Made by a program: the position numbers and the translations under genes
Notes under the pieces: model-generated
What the model was told of the DNA's origin: nothing
Seen by the model: the letters and a program-made list of their open reading frames with translations, nothing else
Databases searched by the model: none
From: Phoronis australis
Lineage: Eukaryota; Animalia; Phoronida
DNA length: 64,000 bases
Direction: 5' to 3'
Assembly (NCBI GenBank): GCA_002633005.1
Contig: NMRA01000018.1
Location: 1 to 64,000, forward strand
Shown: positions 11,263-23,879 of the stretch, piece after piece
Numbering within the stretch: position 1 is the stretch's first letter
Layout: each line of letters starts with the position of its first letter

Positions 11263-11952
11263 TTGTGGCTTGAGCCACAAATATCTGAGACTGTGCTTTG
11301 AACAACAAAGATCTAGCACTGTGCTTTGAACCGCAAAATATCCAGTACTGCACGACTTACAAGTTGCGTTCACAAATTACACCCCTCTCACCCTGATCAC
11401 GTGTAGACAGTACGTTACCATACCCTTTGTGTTTCGAATGCAATAAACCTAGGCTGGTGGAAATACAGGTGTACTGCTTTCTACTAAAGGTTTACTCGCT
11501 CAATTAACTTGATCATGTCTTTATGAATAGGCTTGAGTGGCTGCTTGGCTGGGGTAAAGCACCTCGCCCAGAGTAGTCTTGGTGTAGCAAGGTCTGTAAA
11601 GCCAATTCTCATGGCATGTGTGCTTTGATCCACAAACAGCTAGTACTGTGCTTTGATCCACAAACAGCTAGTACTATGCTTTGAACCACAAACAGCTAGT
11701 AAAATGTAGAAATTTCCGGTATGCGGACCTTTTTACTGAAAGAAATCAACGAGGACTAAAAAAACGGAGCCACGAATTGTGCATCCGCGCCGACTTTCCC
11801 TGGATTTTGTCTCGTTTACCGGGACTTTTTTTTCACTGAGACCGACCTTTTTGCCCAATTCGCCAAATTGGGGGACTCTTTTCAGCGCTTGAGTCAACCC
11901 CTCCCCCCTGTTGCATCCATTTACTACTGCGCTTTGCACCACAAATATCTAG
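11263..11952 (+). repeat. Interrupted 28-bp minisatellite (CTAGTACTGTGCTTTGAACCACAAACAG-like)
   Basis: About 3 units at 11263-11350, 3 units at 11617-11700 and 1 unit at 11925-11952. Confidence 0.8.
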
Positions 11953-12954
11953 CTTTATATTTGTAACACGTTGCTACTAGTATGTAGCTCCCCTGTATCA
12001 GTTGCCGGCTGGTACTCGCAAACACGACTCGTTGCTTGACTATAACCTCTAATCGATTTTTCAACAGGTTAATGGGTGCTGCGAAGATGAATGTTCGTGT
12101 CACCGTGTAACTCGACCAAGGCAAGTAGATCACGCGGTCCGAGAACAGCTCGCGCATTTATACATCCGTAACTAAGCACAGCAACTTGACCCTTTCATTG
12201 ATGCGTGAACAGAAGCAGTGGCATCTGTCGCTGTTGCTCTCTTGCTGACATACATTATTGTCGTGAGAAGGTTGACATAAAAATTGACCGCAGAGGGGAA
12301 TCCTGTGACCGGGCTTATGTGTCCGTGGTATAGCGAGTCCAGCGGACTGTTTCAGAGACTGCTTTCGCCCAGTTTGGTTTTCCCTTTTGAAGCAATCGTA
12401 AAACCTAATGCTCTGATAAATATCCAACTAAAGGGATGTAGGCTTACTCAAAACTTATACCCATTTCATGTGTGTGTGTGTGTTAGTAACGGTACATCTG
12501 TACTTATAAACTATCCTTGATTTGGCCTGTTTTGAATTTAATGACTGATTTGGGCCAGTACGTACTGGCCACGAGTAATTGCAGGATATAAAATAACCTC
12601 AGTCAAAAGTTTAGGATCGGAGCAGTTACAAACTACCATACTTCTGGCAAAGGATAGACAAGCGACAACCCTATACACATCTACAAAGCAAATTAAAGGC
12701 GAAGGCAACATTTTTCATGTCATTTTTAGCAAAAATAAGGTTCGTTGATTATCCCAGACATATTTTTCACTTATTTACTGCTTTTCGTAATTTAATTAAT
12801 TACTGGTCGTATACTCCTGAAGTAACGTTTTGGGAGGCAAGAATTTCGCGCCAATTTCTTTTCATATAGTCTGACTGTGAGAGCAGTCGAGTCAGTCATT
12901 GTTCTACCTCGGTTTTGATAAGTTCGGTCGTCGTTTGGTTCGCCTGCAGAGTGA

Positions 12955-13251
12955 ATGCCTCTATATTGTGGTGCATCGGTTCCCGCTTGTCCGAACTATG
13001 AAGCTGCGAAGAAAGCGGGTATATCGTTTTTTCGACTTCCTCGAGAGCCCGAAATGCTTAGGAAGTGACTCGCGCTAGTGAAGAATGAAAGGTATGCTGT
13101 TAATAGCAAGTATGAGCACGTGAAACATCTCCGTGTCTGTGGCCGGCATTTCGTCGACAGTGATTTCTCTGACGAATTCCGGCTTACCAAAGAAATATCC
13201 ATACGTTCCGTTGCCTGGAAATGTTCACGGCGCCTCTCTAGTATTGCTTGA
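12955..13251 (+). pseudogene. THAP zinc-finger domain pseudogene (transposase N-terminus, possibly Kolobok-type)
   Basis: MPLYCGASVPACPN...ISFFRLPREPEMLRK*L...LRVCGRHFVDSDF shows the THAP C-C-P-W-C-H-F pattern with the conserved Trp mutated to TGA (13066-13068). A TTAA|AGG terminus candidate lies at 12693-12699. Confidence 0.8.
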
Positions 13252-13449
13252 TAAGTGTATGGTTCGAACTGATAGCCTGTGAAACCAAACGATCCATACG
13301 TGAAGTCTTCGTCGGATGAGCTCTTGACTAAGTCGGGATTGGCGCCGGCGAGTTGCAATGTAGACGTTTATTATTCTGCGTTCTATTTCAAAATGAATTA
13401 TTCTCATCCTAAAATGATCCTGACCAATGTAGCTTATATGATATGCAAT

Positions 13450-13854
13450 TTGTTATGCGCCCACATATTTATATGTGGACGCATTATGCCGTCATCTCTG
13501 TCCGTCCGTCCGTCCGTCCGTCCGTCCGTCCGTCCGTCCGTCCGTCCGTCCGGGCGGCGTCCGTCCGGCGTCTGGCGTCCGGCGTCCGCTGCTCTATCTC
13601 CAAAACCCTTTGACATACGTTCATGAAATTTGGCACATGTGTTCCATTCATGAATGGGACGGCATGTGCGAACTTTCGGACGGATCCGACTACCGGTGTG
13701 CCCCCTAGTGGCAATTTTAATTTTTTTACGCTTACCTTTGTATCTTCACAAGTCCTAATTGGATTTTCATGAAATTTGGTATGTAGGCACCTATTAGTGA
13801 GATGACGCTATCCTCCCGTTTTCAGATGGATTCGACATAGTTTGCGCCACCTAN
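13450..13854 (+). mobile_element. HINE/DINE-1-like non-autonomous Helentron
   Basis: 5' hairpin ATGCGCCCACATAT-TT-ATATGTGGACGCAT (13455-13484), (TCCG)13 at 13501-13552 and repeated TTCATGAAATTTGG cores; truncated at the N at 13854. Confidence 0.75.
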
Positions 13855-14623
13855 TGAAGGAAAAGTTCCAAGTAGAAATTTGTTTCTGGCATTCTAATGC
13901 TGTGCTAATCTCGTATGTTGGTAAATTTGTTTTTAATTCTATGTTTCTGTGGTGCTTTAAGCAACTGGTGTATAGGATGTGCTTGTATTATGAAGATTAC
14001 TCACATTTTGCCCCTAGCCTATTGAGGAGACAATGACCATGCCTTTCCATTTTGCAAAATATGCCCTCTACTGGCCACTTTATGGTACCAATAAACAACC
14101 CTAGAAGGATACCGTATGCGGTGCAATTGTGGGCGCATTTCAACGCTCCGCGTTGCTCTTGTAATGCCTTGGAATGCTCGTGAGTGAAAAAGCAGTTTTG
14201 AGAAGCCAGTAATGAATAAACCACTGCGTTACCGGCTTTTGATGCCGGCAACGAAGGTAATTGACCGGGCACCGAGGCCGTGTGAGCGCATGCTAATTCA
14301 GTGTTTGCTGACAGAAAGCTGTTGTGAAACAATTACTCGATTTTCTATGCTATGGTTGCATGTTAGGGGAATCTTTATTTAGAAACACAAATACATTATT
14401 CGAATCATTGCTACGGTACAACCTTTGCCCTGACGGTCTTTGGAAGGGGAACCCGACTTCGCGGCCCCCAACAAGTAAGTAGGCTTAGATTTTCAGTTTC
14501 GTCACGGGCTAATTCACATAAATAATCAATTACGTGCACAATATTTCTTTGGTTCACTATTATAATCTTTTCTTGACTGGAGGCTTAGTTTCCAACTCAA
14601 GCTGGTTTATGTTCGTGCCAGTA

Positions 14624-14730
14624 CCGGCGGCTGCGACGGGCCTGATCGGGTTCCAAGCCACTAGCCGGGATAACGAGTCAATCCGGCCGCGACGGGCCTG
14701 ATCGGGTTCCGAGCCACTGGCCGGGATAAC
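14624..14730 (+). repeat. Tandem duplication, 56-bp unit x2
   Basis: GCGACGGGCCTGATCGGGTTCC.AGCCACT.GCCGGGATAAC at 14633 and 14689. Confidence 0.9.
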
Positions 14731-16004
14731 AAGCGTTTCGTGTGTTTAGAACTCAAAAAATCACAAGTATTAATAACCTAGATCAAGGTTCTCCTGTCTG
14801 TATTTCACAGAAGAATACTTCGAGTTTATCTTCGAACAGACCCCGAACTCCTGCTACGGACCTTGGTATTGGCCTGCCGAACTTTGTAGGCTACGGTGTG
14901 TTCAAATACCAGTAAATCCGTAACAGCGAAATAAAACAACACGTTTTTATAAGAACTCGGTGTATTTTTAAGGGTTTTACAAGGAAGTTTGATGATTTAT
15001 TGGTGTTACAAGATGAATTCAAGCGATAAGCTGACACCACTAACCCGTGTTGTGAACTGCTGAACAGACAGTGTGAAACCAATTACGTCATTGGATAATT
15101 TCAACACCTCCGTCTGCCGTCAGGTGTCAGGTAACGCAACCGAACGTGCCGTTATCGAGTAGAACTACTCGATCTAAATTGATAAAAAATAGGTTGTTTT
15201 GGGTGGCAATCTCCTTTAACTTCTGTTGTAGATGAGCGATTTCGGTGATTCAAAAACTAAACATGATCAGCATTTGACAACTAGGAGTTCAGAAATGCTA
15301 TTTGTTTATGTTCAGATATGTTGTAACTTAACTTTCATTTTCATCAGCACAGCCCAGTCAGGCTAGTTGCGATCTGATCGGAGATTAGAGCACTCATCCA
15401 ACCCTCCAACCATAAATGCCAGAATGGAGTTAATCAGTCGTGTAAAATATTGGCGACATGGTTGATATTCCCAACTTGTTGTTGGGCTATAGAATCGAAC
15501 TTCAGCAACGGGAAAACGCCGTAATGCCGGAACCATAGATACAAAAACAAAGTTTATGTGCACAACGTATAAACAGCATACATCAGTGAGAATTTCAGTT
15601 ACTGCATGGAGACTCTCTAGTGGACACATGAATGAAAATCACAGACGGAAAACCTATTCTATCCAGTTGAAATTGGCATCCCTACGATTATTCGGCCATT
15701 CGTGAGAGGCGTCTGGACTATAGACATCGGTGGTTATAAACCAGTTTAGAGAGAACTTGACCATTTCTCTTCCCTCACAATCTCTGTTCTTGTCAGATTC
15801 TCTCTATGTAACTATTTGTTTAAATTGGTGAGCTATAGATAGTAATATCCATTAATTGTTTCCGACCCTCTGATACTAGGCACAAGAATTTTGGAAAATG
15901 TTACTGTTGACTCCCATAGCAAGGAAACGATTTTTTAGTCTCCGGAACTACAATTGATTGTCTTTGCCACCTTCCCACCGGCGAAGAGCGGTCACTTCTC
16001 TCAT

Positions 16005-16557
16005 CTCGCTGGCTCCCTGCGTGTCGCTAGGTGGAGTGGTAGCCGCGCCAGCACGCAGGTATTACTTAATTTTCCTCGGGAAATAATTTTACACCGGCGT
16101 TTCTGATTGGCTAGTTGAATTCTTAACTGGCAGCGCTTTACGCAAACAAACTGACATGACTGATGGACTGAAGTGTAAATGTGGTCAACAAATCGGCTTT
16201 TGAAATTTATGTTCCGGAAATGTGAATCCTAGAAATTGTAGTTGCGCCTTTTCGGAGTGCATCTTTCTACTGTCGATCACTTTTGTTTACGATACTGTCG
16301 TGTATTCACACAGTATGAATAACACACCGTTTAGTCGGCCAGATATGTGCTTATTGTACCTGTGCCTGCTTCAAGCACGCGGCTATTAAACATGATTGCA
16401 GAAACGAAATAGTTGTTGCACTTGCATGACAAGGCTAAAAATCGTTCACAGACGGCCATTTTTTCACGTTGTTGTAAAGCCAACCAACGACTGCTGAGGT
16501 TACATTAACGCGCATGCCACTTGATACCTGCGTGCTAGGCACGTAGGGAACAGCGAG
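16005..16557. mobile_element. Non-autonomous TIR element with 9-bp TSD (MULE-like)
   Basis: TIRs CTCGCTG..CCCT.CGTG...CAGCACGCAGGTAT / ATACCTGCGTGCTAGGCACGTAGGGAACAGCGAG; perfect TSD TTCTCTCAT at 15996-16004 and 16558-16566. Confidence 0.85.
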
Positions 16558-19500
16558 TTCTCTCATTATACAATTTATCTCGCCTATAGATGGCGCATAT
16601 AGTCCATACCTTAGTTGGTGCTGATTATTGTCCAGTATGACTTCGTGAAGACTAGCAGGGTCAGGATAGCCTGCTAATTATATTTCAACCCGGCCGTGTG
16701 CGTGTGGTTCCGATGGGTGAGGTTGAGTCGCAGCGGGCCTAAACTTTTCAGTTGCGTTGTGAAATGATGCGATTTTGCCGAAACGGATTTGATGAATGTG
16801 TCTTGGTTGATAATTCATCAATGTTCCCACAACATATTTTTCAAAATGCAATAACACTTTCATTTTCCGTGTTCGTAAGACATGTGGGCAATTTCACGTA
16901 CGCACTAACTCCAAACAAAGTATTTCAGTACCCCGGCGTCGTTTTCGGTATATGTACACCATTCCTGAGTGTAACTATTATCGTAGTATCATTCATTTTC
17001 GCATTTAAATGTGTAAAAATTACACATGAGTTGAAAAAGTAATATATTTTTGTTGTAGTGAGCCTTCGAAGTAGTGGACATTCGGAATGGTGAACCGAAA
17101 AGCTGAGGCCAGGAGTGGGGTGTTCCCATTTTCAACGTCACTTAAGCAACTTTAAGTAACACGCAAAAATATATAACAAGATAAAAATTTTCGTTAAGTT
17201 ATTCTCCGACTAAGTATTTCTGTACAAGTAGGTGGAACCACTCATTTAAGCATGCGCGATTTGAAAATTTGGCAGGAAGTAAGGCGAGAGCGTTTTGAAC
17301 CACACTAAATTTGAATTGAGTCCCGTTGTTTGCGAGCAACCGTCACGGCATCCTCATCTCTGGCATTCATTCGTCTCATCTCAAAAAAGTAGAGTTGACA
17401 GTCATCGTTGTGTATACAAATTTCCCTTACCCTGCTGCGTCAAATGAGGGTCTTAATGAAAACTCCACAATGTCGATGTCTGCAAAATATCAAAGGTCCA
17501 CCGTTCAAGAAATTCGAACCACCCCCTGCACAATGCTGACTACGGGCATGTTTAAGACTTAGAAGTCAATACTACCACTGATTTGGCAACTTCGGGCGTT
17601 TCCTCAGATACCAAGGCAAAGTCGTCGTTGGGTCAAGTTTTTGTGCCGAGTTACAATCTGGAAAATTTATGTTTTAATAAGTATTATGTATTAAAACGTG
17701 GGTGGTCCTTCGGGAATAAAATCTCAATGCTATTTTTGCTGGCCAAACGAGCCATAGGAGTAACATTTAGATTGCCAACTGCTTCCTGCTGAGCCATGGA
17801 ATCGAGAGAAAAACGCTACTAAGTCACCAAACTAGATATTAGAGGACTTAAGAGTTTTGCGTTTACTTAATTTATCTTTACTTTTATTTGCTGTTAATAT
17901 GTCAGTAAAAGTAAAAATAACGGAGCACGGTTAAAATTGTGTTGGATTTTCAAGTTGTTTTAACATATTAAAATACGTTTACATCAAAAGCGACCTTGAC
18001 ATTTGATTTACTTTAGAAGCAGACGAAAGAATTGAATGATTGCAGCTGCTCTCAAAATGTGCTCTCGTTATTTAGAAATTTATAAAATCAACGTTTTTTG
18101 TTATTTTGTTATTATTCCATACAAACTCAATTAATCGGAGTGTAATATCATAATGAAAAAATATTTCTAATATGTTTAAGTCCCCATTTGCCGGCTACGA
18201 ACTAAAGCGCGCAGTATACGCGGAGTGAGGTTTTATGAAGATGCTGTTGTTACCGGTGTGACATGAATGTGCCTCATTTGTTTGGAGTCAAATGGGTAAA
18301 AATTGGCGATACAAAATCGCACACAAGGTACAGATGTAATATTATAAAATAGCACAAACTTCCTTGTCTAAGTTGGTTACCGGCGAGCGAACAGTTACTC
18401 CGTCATTCTGCAGTTTGGAGCGGTCGTCTGCACTAGAAATCTTTGTCTCCTTCACAGACTCTCTGGATGGTAGGGGCTTGTACTATGCACTTTGCCTGCT
18501 TTAGCCTATTCGATGTCAAGGAAACAAGGGATTCTATTGGCCACTAGAGTTCCATTCTTGGTCAAACTAGGTCATCAACATGGCGGCATTCCTTTGGCTG
18601 GGAACAGTGTCGGTGACTATTCAAATCGCTATTTACACCAAACTCCCACTTTCAAAGTAAACAAGACTATATGACTACACAGCCAGTGACGCATGCCAAA
18701 TATCAATAGTTTGTATACTGTGTTGGATTCGGATGTATTTTTGATTTTGTAGAATCATTTTGTAGTACTTAAGTCTTCAAGTTAGCTACGTCAATCACGC
18801 CCACTGCCCAGAACTGAACTGTCTCCATCTATTTGGATTCGGAGCATATCATCTCACACACTATCCGTATGGCTCCCCTGAGTGAAGTGAAGGTTGAATT
18901 AGTCGGACTTTTGGAATGTTAAAATAGCGTTAGTTCATGCCGTACATTGGCCTACCGGAAAGCAACATGAAAACACTCTCTTTTAGGTTTAGTGAGAGGC
19001 CACGGTTTTAAAAAGACCCATTTTGTTTGGAGTTTCATACGTGCGTCACACCCTTGTCCATGAAACCAATCTCTTCCTGGTGGAAATAAGAAACTTACTA
19101 TTAAAGTCGATTTTCTTTCATTTTTTGTGTTTTTTTTGAATTTTCAGTTATGGTCGGATATGCAGTGCTGTATAAAGGAAGGTTTAATGATGCTATTGTA
19201 GGCAGTTGTCCGACTAAACAAGGTAAATAGTGGCTTTAAGCGCTTCAAAGACCCACAGATGTCACTCTGAGCTGCACAGGTTTAAGGTCGCGGTTCAGGG
19301 CTTTGTAACGTCCTCAAACTGAAAAATATGGGGTGGATCAGGTTTGACGGCACGTTTGTGGAATAAATGGGCCAGGGATCGTATTCAGTAGTTCCTTGGA
19401 GTTGCTTGGAGTTAAGTCAGAAGTAAGTCCAGAAATTAGGCCTCTACACATATCTACCTGGATACGGAAGTCACCATTCGCAGAGCACATCTCGATGTTG

Positions 19501-21204
19501 ATTTTCTGACGCGAATCCTTCACTAGAAATTGCAAAAATCTGTTTGGTAGTGACACATTTGAACCTAAATATTTCTGGCTTCTAGAGTACAATGGCAATG
19601 GGAATCTTGTCACCTGACATGCACCGTGACAGTCGTGAATGTGTGATTTTGTGTACAAATTTGTTTTTTTTTTTGGCATCACGATTTTCCCGGTGAACGT
19701 AACACGGCAAAGAATGACTTTGTTTAACTTCTTCATCTTGAGAATCTACATCGAGTGTGCTTCCTGTAAGTTATACCTTTTTTCATGTGTCTCGAGGCAT
19801 GGTACAAACAAAAGCTTTTACTGACCCAGACCACCGACAACATCAAAATCACTAGGCCACTCAATCCGTGGTCTTTGCCCACAAGCGCCACCTGGTGAAC
19901 GTACATGTAACATGTGGGGAGGTGGTGTTCAAGATAAATACTGCGACCTATGCCGTATGAAAATTGGGTAAAATATGAAATAGATCAAATTAGAGTCACG
20001 GAGTAAATCTTTCAGATCCAGTTTCAAGAGTGTTCGACTCGTAGTGCACTCTGCCAGACAGAGTTTCGAAAAAATCATCTGCTGGAAATCGGGATAATCG
20101 GTGGCGGCTTCAATAAAACGTTAGCCTATCGTGAACGTATAATCTCACTCTTTTTGCTGCTTTCTGGCTATCAGCAACAAGAATCCTTGGTACACACATT
20201 GTAGTTTTACATTCAATAGTCGAACTAATTCGTGAAATGTTATATACCCACCTTGTGATCTACCACCAATGAATGCCGACATGTGTAATACGCGTGAGCT
20301 GGAGTTATGAAAGTGCGATTGGATGGAAATCTGATCAAAAGGCACCTTCTGCAATGTTCTGTGATGATATGACACTAAATGTGAAAGCAAATACTTAATT
20401 AAAATCAATATCCGGTTCGTGTTTAACATTGCAGTGTGCCATTTTCGCCGTTCTGGGGCACTATCTCAACTCGAACAATGACGATTGCTTGCACTTGACA
20501 ATACAACAAGACAAACCTCGGCGAAAATCGATCCTTGGGAACTACTTGTAACCCATTATTAACCTCGCTAATTTGCAATTGGTACTTCAGGTAATCTAAC
20601 AATTTCAAGTCCCTAATTACCAAGCGCGAATTCATGCATTGCAATGACGGTGTTTAATTAAACAATGGGCAGGTAATACTTACCAGGTACGACAGAGATA
20701 TAGATGTATTCGGGCACCATTCCACGCAGCTGTCTAAATAACGTTTCTCGACGATTAATTTTGATTGTGTATACAAACGCTAGCAGTCTCATTTATTTTC
20801 CGTTAACGCATTAGTACAATTTTAGATAATCAATCATTTTATTTGTAGAGAACTAACAGCTTTGTGGATGTAACTTTTAATCGATATCAAACTTTAATTG
20901 ATAAACCTTTGTAGGCCCTTAGACCCGTGCTTTCGTCAATTTGACTTTAATTAAAAACCGTCGTTTGACAACTTCCGAACAATTCCACTTTTTCGCTTCT
21001 CGTGTCTGATGATTCTGGCCCGACGTTGAACTTGTCCCCGAACAAATCATGAAAAATGCGGTCGGCCTGGTTTGATGGCAATTACGTAGACGACAGGAGT
21101 GAATGGTATTCATGGCTTATTGAAGGTGTTTTAAGTCAATTGTCTGCCCCTTTGGCCTGCGTTTTGTTCGACCCCCATCTGGGTAGATTTCACTGGTTGC
21201 CCCA

Positions 21205-21303
21205 CGGCTAGAAAACTCAAGCCAAAATCACGTGTTCTCGTTTAAAATAGACGGCAATATCTCGCGTAGACTCGCTTTTCTAGCGAGGTCCTAGAGTTAT
21301 TCA
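21205..21303. mobile_element. Degenerate copy of the AACGCTAGGAC MITE family
   Basis: Shares CACGTG...CGGCAATATCTC...TAGCGAGGTCCTAG with 31858-31995. Confidence 0.7.
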
Positions 21304-21870
21304 ACCCTGGTACATGTACGTAGGTCCTCCATTTTTTAACCAATTCCTACTGGTAGAAATAGTAAATAATAATGCTAGATACTGTACAACGGGAATTGGA
21401 GTCTGGTTGGTAATGCCATCCGAGATATGTAGCCTAAGTTTTCGAAATCAATAAGAAATTCATGAATCTGCAATAGCATCTGAAATTTTTCTCTCCGCTC
21501 TGGGAGCAGGGCAAAGATGATGGCGTGATTGCCAAATCGCAATATTTGATAATTTTTGACACTTTTTTTATTCCAGTTGACCTAGAAAGTCACAAAGTCA
21601 TGGCTTTGTTGAAGTTCTTCACTGGTGAGAAACATCACTGAGGCTGCTGTCTTCAAATTACGCGTTTTTACGTGTCTTTGTGACTGAAGAGTAATAAAGA
21701 TGAACACCACAGAGCCCACCATTTGAGTCGCATACAGACTTTTTGTGTGGTTATTCAGATTTCAAACATTTCCACGGTAGTCGATCCATTAACTAACCGA
21801 CATAAGAGTAGAGTTAACTGACGCCAGGACATCGCTAAAAAGCAAGACTTCGCGAGATTACGTGATATAT

Positions 21871-22541
21871 CAGTGGCGGATCTAGGATATCACNNNNNNN
21901 NNNNNNNNNNNNNNNNNNNNNNNNNNNNNNNNNNNNNNNNNNNNNNNNNNNNNNNNNNNNNNNNNNNNNNNNNNNNNNNNNNNNNNNNNNNNNNNNNNNN
22001 NNNNNNNNNNNNNNNNNNNNNNNNNNNNNNNNNNNNNNNNNNNNNNNNNNNNNNNNNNNNNNNNNNNNNNNNNNNNNNNNNNNNNNNNNNNNNNNNNNNN
22101 NNNNNNNNNNNNNNNNNNNNNNNNNNNNNNNNNNNNNNNNNNNNNNNNNNNNNNNNNNNNNNNNNNNNNNNNNNNNNNNNNNNNNNNNNNNNNNNNNNNN
22201 NNNNNNNNNNNNNNNNNNNNNNNNNNNNNNNNNNNNNNNNNNNNNNNNNNNNNNNNNNNNNNNNNNNNNNNNNNNNNNNNNNNNNNNNNNNNNNNNNNNN
22301 NNNNNNNNNNNNNNNNNNNNNNNNNNNNNNNNNNNNNNNNNNNNNNNNNNNNNNNNNNNNNNNNNNNNNNNNNNNNNNNNNNNNNNNNNNNNNNNNNNNN
22401 NNNNNNNNNNNNNNNNNNNNNNNNNNNNNNNNNNNNNNNNNNNNNNNNNNNNNNNNNNNNNNNNNNNNNNNNNNNNNNNNNNNNNNNNNNNNNNNNNNNN
22501 NGGGGGCGGGCCCCCTGGGCCCCCCCCTAAATCCGCCTATG
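21871..22541. mobile_element. CAGTGGCGGATC-type MITE spanning an assembly gap
   Basis: CAGTGGCGGATCTAGG...[608 N]...CCTAAATCCGCCTATG; interrupts an AACGCTAGGAC-family copy at 21811-21870. Confidence 0.7.
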
Positions 22542-23620
22542 AGTGAAGACCTAGTGTGAACTCTTATCGCGGTGTGCTCTCTACGCGGAAAATCTGGATG
22601 TTTGGGACACCACTGTTTATAAAAACTAAGTTACTAGTGGTGTAATACCTTAAAGAAACCATCCTCTAGTAACACGCTAGTCCCGCTGTTACACCTCGAG
22701 ATGCCATGTATCCATTTGGCCTGATTTAGAACACTTGGGGTGTAGAAACGAACAGACTAGAATGAAACAGAGTGGTAGTGAAAAGCAGGAGATTTTTGGG
22801 ATTGATAATTTGATAATGGGAATTGAAGGGAAAATGCTCACTTTGTAGCGTCAATTTCATTGGCAAAAATAAAATCTTGATTAAAACAAATTCTGTTATT
22901 CTCCACTAATCCCATCTTTGGTACACATTATGCACTAAATTTTACACAACAGAGTGAAAATTTGAGAGATTACTTTCAAACAACGGACAACCGGCTGGTA
23001 ATTTGAAACGCGTTTTGAAGGTTAATGCCTCTGTATTTTGTATCAAGCGGAAAAGCCAATCAGTTCACGGGATGTGTTACGGTAGTCTTAACGTGGCAAA
23101 AGCTCATTGGTCAAGGAATCGTAGGCGTCCAATTTACGCGTCCACTTTGTACGCTAGCAAGCCTTTACTTCACACAAAATTGATATACCATGGTATGGAG
23201 TGTCGTAGTTGACTATTAAAGCGATTAATGAAGTGCGTCGTGTGTACAGTGCACTCTGGTGGACCAGGCGTATACTAAGATTGACCATCCACTTTGTCGG
23301 AAACTTTGTACAATGTGTAGTTGAACGAGTGGATGTGAGCAAACTGTTTGATATCATGAAGGAATTTACTCCGATAGCATTTGTAATACACACTTGAGAA
23401 ATAATGTATGCTTCCAACAAGTAAAACCCTTCGTTTATACCGCAATGTCGTTGATAACTTTACCGAAAAAGTGAACAATGTATAAAAGGTACACGCATAC
23501 ATGTCCTCACACAGTATAACATACTGCGCGAAGATAGTGTTTCCTCACGAAAGTTCTTCACGGACACGATTTGTCGGTCCGTGAACCAAGTTTTGCAATT
23601 GTAAGACATGGTCCCCGGAA

Positions 23621-23879
23621 TCACTGCACAAAGGCCACTTTCTGTGACGACCTCATTTGCTTATGGTTTCCCACGGACGAGTTCATTTTCGCCAAGTCCT
23701 GTTCACAAATTAGGTTACCATTAACAATGCTGTAGCGATCTCCCGGTACGAGCTGGATGTGACACGTGACACACGTGAAGCATTTTAAGTGGTAGACTTG
23801 GTTCTGCGCGCGCATCACAAACTCGTTGGCAGGTATGTTCTGACGACATGAAGAGCAGGCGCCGCCAGGACCAAACAAT
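23621..23879 (-). CDS. LMO4: LMO4 last coding exon (LIM2)
   Basis: ttccag|A TTG TTT GGT; ends QKVAFVQ-TGA. Confidence 0.95.

Noticed and set aside
11263-11952. CRISPR-like 28-bp repeats
   Set aside because: Units are head-to-tail without regular unique spacers, the context is eukaryotic and there are no cas genes.
13279-13714. ORFs with SVRP/DGRT repeats
   Set aside because: Translations of the (TCCG)n microsatellite.
21873-22559. 228-aa ORF (and ORFs at 42188-42593)
   Set aside because: Artefacts of N runs.
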